Part shown: piece after piece, positions 49,851-61,397 of the stretch | Layout of the letters: the number at the start of each line of letters is the position of its first letter | How positions within the stretch are numbered: the stretch's first letter is position 1 | Source: Bugula neritina | Lineage: Eukaryota; Animalia; Bryozoa | Length of the DNA stretch: 64,000 nucleotides | Reading direction: 5' to 3' | Assembly: GCA_964035545.1 (NCBI GenBank) | Contig: OZ037768.1 | Location: 7,968,741-8,032,740 of the forward strand | Program-made: the position numbers and the translations under genes | Notes under the pieces: model-generated | Databases searched by the model: none | Told to the model about the DNA's origin: nothing | The model's input: only the letters and a program-made list of their open reading frames with translations

Positions 49851-52800
49851 ATGTGGCCAAAAATAGGATGTTATGTAATAACTCTGTTAACTATATGGAC
49901 AGAGTGTATTTATACCACTACCTTTAGAAAACTTGATTTGGCTAATTCAGCAGCACTGAAATTTTTAAGCAATAATTTGAAAGAAAATTATGTCAAAGTA
50001 TATCTCATCACAAACCCTGTAAATAGCTCAAATTATACAGTGAAGAATTCAACTGCCAGAGTTTCTATGAACTCTGTTCGTCATTTGAATTACATCAAAT
50101 CAAAGGCTTCAACTTTTGGAAACAGACTAGCACTTGAAATAGTTTTTGAAAAATGGCAACTTAAAATTTTTCTAGAAAAATCATCTTTAATGATTTCAAA
50201 AAACTTTGTTAGGAAATATTTTAGAAAGGATGGCAAGCCAATTAGTAAACCAGCTGGTAATTTGGAACGTTCATTTCATTATTGCTACTTTACTGGTCAC
50301 ACTCAAATATTGCCTTCGAGCGTTTCCCTTAGCATATGTAATGGGGTAAATGGGATTGTTGAAATAAAAGGCCAAATATATACAATAAAACCAACAATTT
50401 TTAACAGCCGATTGCGACATACTTGGAATTTACAAAATTCAACTGCTTCTCTTGAGGATGTAAAAAATGAGATGAAATGTAATTTCAGCTTGAAGCCACT
50501 CTACAACTTTTCCCAATCAAGAAACCATAGATATATTCGCCAAATTAGAACTCCCCTCAGTGGCACATCACCCAACAGATATATTGAGATGTATATTGTT
50601 ATGGACAACAGCATATTTCAAAGAGAAGGCAGTATTGAGGCAACCATACAAAGAGCAATAGATATCCTAAATTATGCTAGTGTGTTATATCATAAACTTG
50701 ACATTTACTTGACCTTAGTTGGCATTGAAGTTTGGAGCGATGCCGATAAAATTCCATTTGAGAGAGTCGATGGATCTACAGATTATAATTCTGTTAGGGT
50801 TTTGCAAGAGTTCAATAAGTATCGGCATCTTAAAATAACTTGGAAGGTTAATAATGATAATGCGCAGCTATTCACAGCTAACCGGTTTCACGGTGGTGTA
50901 ATTGGAAGAGGCATGCAGAGCATTTGCTCAGAGACTAGAAGCGCAGGAATAAACTATGACGGATTTAGTCGTGACTATATTAGAGCATCTGTAACAATGT
51001 CTCATGAGCTTGGCCATGCTTTAGGATTAACTCATACTGACGGATTTGTTGGTGATCGATGCAAATGTAAAGGCCCAGTCAATTCAACTCTCAGTACTTG
51101 TATAATGCATTCAAGCTTAAACAGTAAGTGTAATTAAATTCTATTACTAATTCAGTTTATTATATATAATTTTTTTTAGTTATGGAGTAGCTGTAGTCTA
51201 GGGATTAGGGTGTTTGCTTAGTAAACACAATATCATTGGTTCGAGCCGGATAAAGGCCATTGGTGATGCTAGGAAGAGGGTCCAGTCATAATTTCTCTTG
51301 TGCCCCATCTGAATAAGTCCTTAGCCGAATTAATGGTGACTATAAAATTGCGTGAATTTTTTATAAATGATATTCATTTTATTTGTCTTCAATACTTGAT
51401 AAAATTGTTGCATATAAATCAATTGCTTCTGCAAACACATAATTTTGTTAATATAATATGTTAGTCAAAGATAGTTTTCCATTTAGATTATCATATTTAA
51501 AAAACATTTTAGTTCAAAAAAGTTTTTGTGCTTTTAATTAGAATAGGGGGGGGGGGGAGAGGCATTTTAATAGGGTGCTAGTAATTTTGCTTTCATTATA
51601 ATAAAGTGATTGCAAATATTCCTTGATTCTTCAACTAATTAAGGCACGCTATTTTTTTACAAAAATGCGTGTTTAACCAAAATATTATGTTGATGAGTGT
51701 ATAAAAATGAATTCAAAAAAGTTGCATAATATTAATGTTTATTCAAAATGCATCAGCTCTAATTTTTACAAAAAATTAAAATAGTTTCAAAAGCTACAAT
51801 GTTTTCAAAAATGCATTATTTAGACTGCTATTTTAAAATAACTTGAAAAATGTAAATTTGTAAGAGGAATTATATTTATCCAGCTATTGGCCCTCGTGAT
51901 CTAACTACTAGTTTCTCTGCTTTTAGTTTGTGAAATTTTAGCATTTTTAGAAAGTAAAACAAATACACAGTAATAGCTAGTACAATTCAAGTTACATTAA
52001 AAACTTACTCCCTGCAAGAACTGGTACAAACCTTGAGAGAAGCTTGCCCCAGTAACTTAATTTTTATATTCAATGTACAATGCTCTTATCAAATGTATTG
52101 ACCAATCAAAAAAGATATAGATTGAACTTAGATCGAATTCATCCTATTTAGATAACTCTGTCAATATTTTATAAAATTGTTCAGTTGCTGCCTGCTCTAC
52201 AGTATGTGGTAGAAGTTTCAAAACTATATGAAGAATATATTTCAAAGTTACTGCATTTGATAGCTCTAATTAGTAGTGCTCATTGAATACCTTTTCATAA
52301 TATTACCTAAGAAAATATGTTGATCTGTCAGATGAATACAGCAAATAATTAAGATGTAAAAAAAAGCTTACTAAGACTTTCTCATTAACTTTACAATAAT
52401 GATTTTTAATTAAAATGTAATCAGGTTCGCAAGTTAGCAAGTCAGTTATAGTTTTTGTACTGTAATACTTTCAATGAAACTCAATTCATGCTTATCTTAT
52501 TTACTTTACACAAATTCTGACATAATCCTAGCCTAGTCCAGTATTTATTTCTGTAAGTCCTGCAGGTTATGTAACAGAGTGGTCTGAATGTACTAAAGAT
52601 GCCCTGCGAGGTATATTGTCTCACACTTACAGTGATACTTGCCTTTTAAACAAACCCCGACAACTGTTCCAAAGAACCTCTGCACATCGAATGTGTGGAA
52701 ATTTAATCATAGAGTCAGGTGAAGGATTGCTGTATATAATATATTAATAATATGGCAAGACACATTTGAAACTGCAAAGATATCTATATATAAATAAACA

Positions 52801-55800
52801 AAGTATATGTAGTAATAAATGAGTTAGGAAAAATTATTCAAGTGTTTTTTTTCTATAGCTATAATTGAAAATAAAATCTGGTACTAAGTAGCTATAAAAC
52901 TAATCTAAGTTTGAACAAGAATGAAATAGTTGTTAGTTACAAATAATAACTTATAGAATTGAAAACTACTATAAAATAATATTTTGGTTTAATGACTTTG
53001 GGTGTATGCATTTCATTTCACATAGATAAGATTTTTAGGTGAAGAATGTGACTGTGGGCTTGAAGAAGATTGCAATAGCAAATGCTGCAACCCTAACACC
53101 TGCCGCCTGTACAGTAATGCAACTTGTGCTACTGGTAAGAAGTTTTTCTATTGGTAGTAATTAAGGGATGAAAAATAAAAAAATTGTTTTCTATAAATGT
53201 CAACATCATATGCAGCTTGAGTCTTCTGCTAGAGATAGATGAGGTAATAAAGAAATTGAAAAAAGCCTGTGTTCTAGATTGCAATTGTAGCAAAAGAAGT
53301 TATATTCTTGCAAGAATTTCAATTCATGCCCCAAGCCAAAATTTAAAAAATAAAGTTAAAGAACTTGGACTATCTCATTTTCTCCTTGTACTGCTCTTAA
53401 ATGTTCTGCCAATGATGCGATAATATTAGGAACTTTTACTATTCTTTCTTCTAGGATCATGCTGTGACCTTGAGACATGTACTGTTCGACCAATCTCATA
53501 CCCATGTCGTTCAGTAAAAGATTCACAGTGTGATCTACCTGAAACATGTGACGGGGATAGTGAATGGTGTCCCGTAGATACATACAAACGTGATGGAACT
53601 GAGTGTACAAACATAGAACAAGGCTATTGCTATGAAGGGAAATGTAACACCCACAGTTCTCAGTGCCAGTTTCTCTGGGGAGGGGAAAAAGCTGATGATC
53701 TCTGCTACACTTTTTTTAATAATCGCTGTAAGAGCTTTTCACAATTAAATCGTAACTATTGTTGTTAGTATTCTGCAGTGTAATGATGAGTTTACCCAGT
53801 GGTTCCCGTGGTGTAATGGTTAGCACACTTGCTTGCAAGCCAGAGGTCTCGGGTTCGATTCCCAGTGGAAGCAATTGTTTTTCAAGCTCTTTCGTCCTTT
53901 AGTGAAGTGTAGTAGCAGTACCCCGAGGGAGTTGAGTGGCCAGGGGAGCCTGAAGACTGAAGGAGTAGTTGAGAGGCCAGTGGAGTTCAGAGAACTGGGT
54001 GGGATGTAGTGATGAGATTACCCAGTGATCCCCGTGATGTAATGGTTAGCACACTTGCTTGCAAGCTAGAGGTCTCGGGTTCGATTCCCAGTAGGGGCAA
54101 AGGTTTTTCATGCAGATCATTATGTTGAATAATTAAAAGGGCTGATAATAGTTTTCTGTATAAATAGAACCTTTTAAATAAACTTGAATACTGAGAGCCA
54201 TAGTTATTCTTCTATCACATGATGATTATTAATAAGTTATCCTATAACTTTGTTATAAATGTGAACAGGTCGACCTATAGGTACTAGAATATTGATCAAA
54301 ATAGCCTACCAAAAGTACTTACAGTTGAAGTAACTTTGACTTAGTTTAACTGGTGTCTATAGCAGCAGCAACATGGTGAATGTGCTCAGTCATTACTAAT
54401 GCCGTGCAGACTAAAAATGTTTAACAATTATTGTAGCTGCAATAATAGAGAGACTGAGAAAAACGGAAATTCTAGATTGAGGAATTAGTAAAACATTATG
54501 TTATAAATTTCAACCCAAACCAAAATTTATCAAGAAAATTAAAGAGCTTCATTTATTAAAATTTCTTCACCACTGCACCTAAATGAAACTGTTTGTTTAC
54601 ATTTAAATTTATTTTAATGAATTAATTGGTTCTTTTATTTCTGTGGTGCTCTACAGTGCCTGGTAAGGTACTTATTGTCATATAATGAGCTCCAGTTAAA
54701 TGAATTACAGCTGATGAGCGAGGCAATTGTGGATGGAGTACCATCACTGAAGAATCAGAACAACTCACAGTTCAAAGAAGGTTCCATTCTTGCCAGACTG
54801 AGTTGGATATGCTGTGTGGACTTCTGTTCTGCAATATGGCTGTTTATAAACCAATAAGAATCACCAATGTTTTGCTTTATCAGAATCGAAATATTGTTTA
54901 CCCCCATTTCTGTTATTTAGCTGCTTTTGATACAGGTGTGTAGTGAATGTTTTTAATAATAGTAATGCATTATTTACTTTGAGTTGAACAGAAGAGCATG
55001 AAGTTGACTTGTGATAACTCCCAAAAGGCATTAGGTTTTTTACTTATTCCAGACACTATTATAGAATTTGTTTACAGTAGGTTTGTCTAAATTTTATTAT
55101 CGAACAATGCATGCTACCAGCTTAAACCCAATGCATTGTAGAAATATTTTATACACATATTTTCATGGATGATGCAACTGCGACTGCAACTGAGTTTTAT
55201 AACTTTATGCATGTAGTTGAAAAAACTCATCACAATTTAGCACAACGTCAGGCAATTGAGATTTTATTAAAATGGTTTAAATCAATTATAGGATCTCTAA
55301 AACCTTGTGATAATACTTTAGCATTTTAAGACTAAATGTGTGAATTGATCAGGTAATCAACAGTTTAAAGCATTTTATGTTTGACTGCACTAGAGCTGTA
55401 GCTGTTTTTTAATGTTGTAGTTGTTTCCCCATGTAATTATTTCCAGGCTTTAATGTCCATGATCCTGGTCAGGTACCAAACGGAGCAAAATGTGCCACCA
55501 ACAGTATGTGTGTCAACTCCAAGTGTGTCTCTGTACCTCAACAACCTGAGTCATGTGACTGTAATGGTAGAGGTGTCTGTAACCAGCTCAATCAATGTCA
55601 TTGTGACATCGGCTGGGCTCCTCCCAATTGTGAAAATCAAATAGTTGATATTTCCACATCAACAAGTTAGTTTAAGAATGGCCTAATGAATTAGTTTAAT
55701 TTTTGGTTTCTTCACACTCTTGGCATTTTGAAGTTTTGACTGCTTATTGCTAGTTTCGGTAACTGCAATTAGTAGCTTTGCAGAAGTGAATAAACTAGCC

Positions 55801-56472
55801 AATGCTAAAGTGGGATGTCAAAACAATTGCTTTGACTACAGACCTATTATGTAATTAGATCATTCGTTTCATGTGCTTTTAGGTAGCAGTTCTGTTACAA
55901 CTAAAAATGAATATTCTGCACCCACAACAATCCATCAAGAAAGAACTACTACTACTACTGTATCTACGACTTCACTCCATACTTCAGCTACTCCAGTATC
56001 TCCAAGTAAGTTTTTGCAAAAATTATTTTTTGAGAAGTGAATAACACAACCAGTTTTGCTAAAATTGAGATATGAATTATATTACTCGCATGCTTGATGA
56101 CTATATACTGTAGAATTAAGTGATGTAGTTTCATTTGTTTCAGGTAGCAGTCCGACTACAACTAACCGAGAGGATGTCACATCCACAACAATAAGTCAAG
56201 AAAAGATTACTCCTACAGTATCTACTTCTTCACTTCATACTTTGACTACTTCAGTATCTTCCAGTTCAGTCAAGGTCAATGAGGGTACGACACCCTCTAA
56301 GTCAAAGAGCTCTACTTATAAATCTCATGAAACACATTCTACAATGATGGCAAATACTACAGATTCAATAAGAGAGAAAACCGGAATAGTAAATTCTGGC
56401 TCTCCATCAACATCTTTCTACTTTAAGTTAGAATGGTTTGTCTTAGTAATTGTGCTCAAGTATTTTGAATAA
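49851..56472 (+). CDS. ADAM/reprolysin (M12B) metalloprotease: signal, prodomain, catalytic, disintegrin, Cys-rich, EGF, S/T-rich stalk and short hydrophobic C-terminus, 896 aa
   Basis: Exons 49851-51123,52566-52718,53039-53134,53455-53727,54711-54935,55447-55665,55883-56005,56144-56472 (2691 nt). Prodomain HYCYFTGH..VSLSICNG; furin-like RYIR; Zn motif HELGHALGLTH and Met-turn CIM; CGNLIIESGEECDCG; disintegrin loop CRSVKDSQCDLPETC; EGF CNGRGVCNQLNQCHCDIGWAPPNC. Confidence 0.92.
51188..51330 (+). mobile_element. Degenerate tRNA-derived SINE, intronic
   Basis: A-box-like TAGTCTAGGGATTAG, B box GGTTCGAGCC, then GGCCATTGGTGATGCTAGGAAGAGGGTCCAG; same family as the 24532 copy. Confidence 0.6.
53779..54110 (+). 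mobile_element. 332-bp TRIM-like non-autonomous LTR retroelement with tRNA-derived (Pol III A/B box) 106-bp LTRs
   Basis: Direct repeats 53779-53884 and 54005-54110 are both 106 bp, run TG...CA and differ at 11 positions. A 5-bp TSD TGCAG lies at 53774-53778 and 54111-54115. The purine-rich GGGTGGGA abuts the 3' LTR. Each repeat holds a tRNA-like segment (TGGTGTAATGG ... GGTTCGATTCC) ending in T5. Confidence 0.78.
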
Positions 56473-56649
56473 GACATCTTTATTAGAATTTCTAAGTTTT
56501 CTAATAAGTTTCTCTGATTGAAATCACTTAATTTTACGTATTTCTAATTTTATCACAAAAATATAAACTTCTAATGTATTGTGTGATAAAGCAGTTACAA
56601 CTACATCTGATTAAGTCTGAGATCATGAATAGAAACTATGAAGCGCTAC

Positions 56650-57530
56650 TAATTGTTGCATTTACCATATCAGTCTGGTAAAGTTACCTAAAAAGTAAAA
56701 GAAAATCATTTTTATGTCATTATTAAATTCTGCCTAACTGCATGTATCTTTTGTGTTTGAGATGGTTAATCAAATAAATAATTATATAAAACTAAAACAC
56801 GTAGGCTGTGATAATCTATGAAATATTTTGAAACAAAGCAAGGATGGCAGCATAGATAAATTAATTTCATAGTTATTGCCTGTTAATTGAAATTTAACAC
56901 CTATATTGAAATATTTATGTAATAATATGCATCATTTAATGTATGATATACTACATGGTTCTACAAGCATACAAAAGTATAATAAGAATTCATTGTATAT
57001 AAAGTGCAAATAATCTTTTAATGGCACTTTGTTGGATTATTCCAGGATTTTACAGCGCACAATAAATTATGTTAGGATTTATGATTCAATGCTTTTCAAT
57101 AAAATTGAAGTTTCAGAGAAGTTTCTGGCTGCAAAAATAACTATCAGTTGTAGTAATTAATAAATTATTCTAATATAATAACCATTGTTGGCATTGAATT
57201 ATAATTATAAATCATATTGTTAGCCTGATTGTTTCATACAAAATATTACCAGAATAAATATCAGTTTCTTCCTTTAGGTTTAAAGATTTGCAGTAAATAC
57301 ACTATAAATTAGTTTGCTGAGCTTGCATAATTATTTTTAATCCTCAGGCAGGACAATACAAATTGAACATCCATATTGATATTGTACAGGTAAAGTATTT
57401 TATCCAGTAATCATATATTTACACTTGCAAAAAAATTATTACAATCATGAATCATGATCATATACATAGTGCTTAGCAAGTTCTATTCCTTGTAAAATAA
57501 CACAGAAGCAAAGAAGAATGGCATGCCAAA
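56650..57530 (+). repeat. Copy 2 of the non-coding duplication (upstream region and putative 5'UTR exon of ADAM gene 2)
   Basis: Colinear homology with 48340-49203, including a conserved donor ATTGTACAG|GTAAAG at 57389/57390. Homology stops shortly before the transposon at 57583. Confidence 0.85.
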
Positions 57531-58689
57531 AAGCAGAAGTTGACAATCAAATTTGATAACGTTTTTTGAAATTATCAATTAATAGTCTGGCAGAAAAATG
57601 CCAATTTTTGACTTAGGTTCGCAATCCCGGATAAAGTTTTTTTCTCTCCTGATTATTCAAATATAGGGTCTAGGTAAATGTTTCCAGGTGGGTGTGGACT
57701 TCTTACCCTTGAGCATTTCGAGAAATTCAAGATGGCCGCCAGGCACCAAACGATTTTTTCTAATTCAAATGTACCTACCCATTGGGGCTAAATTTAAGGT
57801 TCCAATGCTTTGAAATCTTTAGAAATTAATATAATAAAGATGCATGTGCCTTTATCATATGTATTATTGAGTAATAGGCAAATGATACTCAAGGGTAACT
57901 AAGCTAAGCCTTAATCATTCCTTTTTTTCAAGTTTAACCTAGCCTTGCCGTGTTTATAATTTCCTTGCATCTCTGCATCAGTTTGTTCTAACTTCATGAA
58001 AATTTACTATATGGTGTGATTTTATATGCTGATTACAAATATGTCCACCAAATAAAGCTAAAAGGGGTTCTGCAAACTTAAAATGCAACGTCATTGCCAT
58101 ATGAGCTAAATAGCAATTTATTTCCAACTGGCATGCCTATCGAAAAGGTTTGTTGAGCTGCCAACTTAATAGTTATTTTCAGTTTTAAAACTTTAGCTAT
58201 GTTTTTTAAAGTTATAAAAAGGGGTCAACAACCTTAATAACACAGCACCATGGCTTCTTAACATAATTTAATTGCTTTATTATTGACACATCATTTATCT
58301 AAATATTGACATTTTTGCTTTCGAAAACTATTTTTACAATCAGCACATTTCACTTTTCCTCTAAAAGCATTTGTAAACAGTTTTTTATGAATGAAAATGT
58401 ATTTCATGCTGAGGGAAGTAATACATCTATTAGAACAGTTGTTCCCTACCTTTTTCATACCAATCCCCTTTCATTAACGTTTACTATTAATTTCTCCTTT
58501 TTTAATGACCTATGTTGGGTGCACTGGAACACTAATAGCTGAAAGTGATTTGGTAGAAGTAGTTAGTTCTACTTTTGGTGGTTTCTCCAAAATGCTAAAT
58601 AGAAAAAGTTTCTCCAGAATGTACAAGGTCTGAGAATATTGGTGGGAGAACTGTTAAAGCCAGTCTTGATGAAAGTGTAATCACTAGCA

Positions 58690-60060
58690 TGAAGAAGCTT
58701 GAAAAGATGTTGATTAAGATTGCAGAGAGCTCAAGAACAGCAAAACTGTGGCCCATGTGCTTTATTGGACCAATTTTTACCATCAACACCTACATCATAG
58801 CTGTTAGAGAATGAGACTGGGCTTTACACCTAGCAATGGAAGAGGAAATGCACTATCTGCATAGCGTGAAGGTCATGCCACAAGATGTAAGGATTGAATT
58901 TGCGGCTGGTAACCACACAAGGCATCATAAGCGCGGCCAGCTCGACGGCATCTGGTCGGACATGACCATTGAGGTGACCTTCGTAAGATTTGGTCACAGC
59001 AAGGGGGAATCATTGGCATCACCACTAAATCAGAAACTCTCAAGGTGTGGGTGTACAGCACTTCTGCATGCAACAAGATACAGTATGGCCGCAGTGACAT
59101 CAGGGATGAGTCTGAAATAAATGCTTTTACTGCTCATAAGGATGAGATGCAATCAAGAATCCAATCTGATTCAAAGGACAGAGAGTCTGTCAAACGGAAG
59201 ATTGAACTCTGCAATGACCCACTCTAAGAATGATGCCACCCAGTTGCTCTTGTCAATATTGAAGCAGATAAGTGCAACTGAGATGAGGATGCTTCGAAAC
59301 ATTTACAATACGAATTGGGAAGACCATGTAACAAATGATAATATAAAGGAGGAGGCCAAAATAGAAGCTATTGCAATAGACATGAGGAGGAGACCTCTTC
59401 AATAGTATGGACATGTGCGCAGAAGAGATATGGAGGAAGATATTATAATGGTGGCTGAGATAAAGATACAGAGAAAGAGAAAGAGAGGGGGGGCAAAAAA
59501 ATGTTAATGGATACAGTGAAGGATGGCATACTGAAATGTGGCTTCTCAGATGAAAATGTTGACAATAGAATCAGATGACACTCTCTGATAGCACTTGGTG
59601 CCCTGCAAAACCGCTACTCATCCTGGACCACAGCGCACTGGGTGAGAAAGTTCAAGACAAAGCCCTAAAATGAACAATTTGCTGCCTTCCCATGGCCTCT
59701 CAAGAGCAACAATGTAAAATATCGGAAAGGGAGTCATACTAAATGTCTTGGTAGAAGGAAAGTGTGATTTGGTGACACTAGTGCTTTTTTCAGGATGACT
59801 ATTCATACAAGCTACCAAGTTTATGCTATGTTGCTACAATTATGCAAAGTGCTCCTCCATGACATCTACAAGACAAAAGGTTTGGGAAACCAAGGTCAGC
59901 AATGCTATTTGCGATGTGCCTTTAACTTATGTACTTTGCCTCCTACAGATGAAGCTATTGGACAATGTCACCAGAGCACACCTCCAGGTAGCCATATGAA
60001 ACTGCGGCATTAAACCCACAAGAACATTGGTAGGTGATAGGGAATCTAATAGAATCTCTT
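58690..60060 (+). pseudogene. Academ-like transposase remnants (stops, frameshifts, internal deletion)
   Basis: ORF fragments 58836-59120, 59045-59227 and 59795-60013 carry motifs typical of Academ transposases as recalled, spread over different frames. Confidence 0.7.
59262..59660 (+). mobile_element. 5'-truncated RTE-like LINE 3' fragment nested in the Academ-like element
   Basis: TEMRMLRNIYNTNWEDHVTNDNIKEEAKIEAIAIDMRRRPLQ*YGHVRRR..RKRKRGG matches the C-terminal signature of RTE-clade ORFs (EMRMLR..RL.W.GHV.RR..GR.RGRP). Boundaries are approximate. Confidence 0.72.
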
Positions 60061-61397
60061 TTTCCAAAAGGAGTAGGAAATGATGTTGTGCTTACACCAG
60101 ACAGTACTATGAAGTGGATCATGTTAGTTAATTTGGTGTACACTCGACGACTCTAGCTTTTGGCGAGTTTTTACAATTTAGCTGCTATTGTATATAGATT
60201 TTTGCCACAAACTATCAAAATTTTAACAAATAAAACTGAATAATTAAGGCTTTTCCAATTATGTATGATTTTCTATGTCTATTCCTAATTTATTATTACA
60301 TTGGGATATTATATAGGCCGTGATGATTCACAAATGTATATTTAGCTCGTATGACAATGACGCCGCGCTTAAATGTTGCAGGACCTCTTCCCAGTCATTT
60401 TTGTTATGCATAGATAGAATCACCAAATTCTATTACCCCATATAGTAAGTTTTCATGAATTTTGAGCAAACTTTAAAATGTTTGATCATAATCTGCTGAT
60501 GTGTACTAAATAAAGTAAAATGGCCCAAATTCATTAAATGCTCCTGTGGAAGCCAACAATTATGCAAAACAACACGATATGACTATTCTAGTACATCTAT
60601 CCTATGCACAGAGTTCTGCCCTTGTGAAGCAGTAACAGGAGTGTGCTGCAATGAACTAACATTTCTAACAAAGGCTAATGATAGAAAAAAATGAAAAAGG
60701 TGTTTAATATGAACATGAGTGAAAGTTTGTCGCATTTGTACGATTATATATATGTTCAATTTTAACTTTAGCTGAGCAATATGCTGCATCTGTATCTTTT
60801 TTCACCTTCTATTCACTGGCAATAAGCAATGCTTTTCTTTATATATCTGTCCAGTGTCCAAACAGTTATTCAAAAACCTTGTATCATTTCTCTGCACCAT
60901 ATTGAAGCAATTCCGATTTTTGAGCTGAGAAACATGTCTCTTGGCTCTTTACTTTGATTCCTTTTTACTGGCATGGCACATATTCATTCTAAAAATGCAC
61001 ATCTATTTTAATCTTCAAAAAAATTTTGTTTTTGCAACATAATATAGACTTTATGCCGACTAGATTACGATTTTTTCATAATTGGCGGCCATCTTGGATT
61101 TCTCGAAAGGCTCAAGGGTGGCCGGTCCACACCCATCTGGAAACATCTACCTGGACCCTCAAGATAAATAATCAAAAGAGAAAAAAACTTTATCCGAGAT
61201 TGCGAACCTAACCCCCAGTTCTGCCAGACTATAAATAATTGATTCAATAATTACATTCTCAAATTTTGTACAAGATGTTTTTGATACATGTAATGAAAAA
61301 AACTTGGAAGTACTTATCGATTCTGACTTGCAGCTGAGGCATCAATGTCAGTGTCAGCTGTCAACTTGAATATATATATATATATTTATATATATAA

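Larger units (their letters stand above)
57583..61231 (+). mobile_element. Decayed Academ-like DNA transposon with long TIRs and 3-bp TSD
   Basis: TIRs of about 160 bp (TAGTCTGGCAGAA...CAAGATGGCCGCCA at 57583-57741; reverse complement at 61083-61231). TAA flanks both ends (57580-82, 61232-34). A second inverted-repeat pair lies at about 57981-58115 and 60335-60471. Frameshifted transposase relics: SRTAKLW..IIAVRE*DWALHL, DGIWSDMTIEVTFVRFGH, LCTLPPTDEA..RAHLQVAI. Confidence 0.82.

Noticed and set aside
53940-53990. Hammerhead ribozyme (retrozyme) core: CTGAAGACTG-AAGGAG-TAGTT-GAGA
   Set aside because: GAAA is GAGA, there is no convincing stem I or NUH cleavage triplet, and the segment overlaps a simple 19-bp internal direct repeat. 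It is worth rechecking only on a family consensus.
53802-54099. Two functional tRNA genes (Ala/Gln/Val-like)
   Set aside because: The anticodon loop is only 6 nt and the acceptor, anticodon and T stems contain mismatches; they are better explained as parts of LTRs.
54657-54662. 6-nt in-frame microexon (CAG|TGCCTG|GTAAG) in ADAM gene 1
   Set aside because: It would leave a 48-nt downstream intron, about half the shortest intron seen in this window (about 97 nt), and the frame closes without it.
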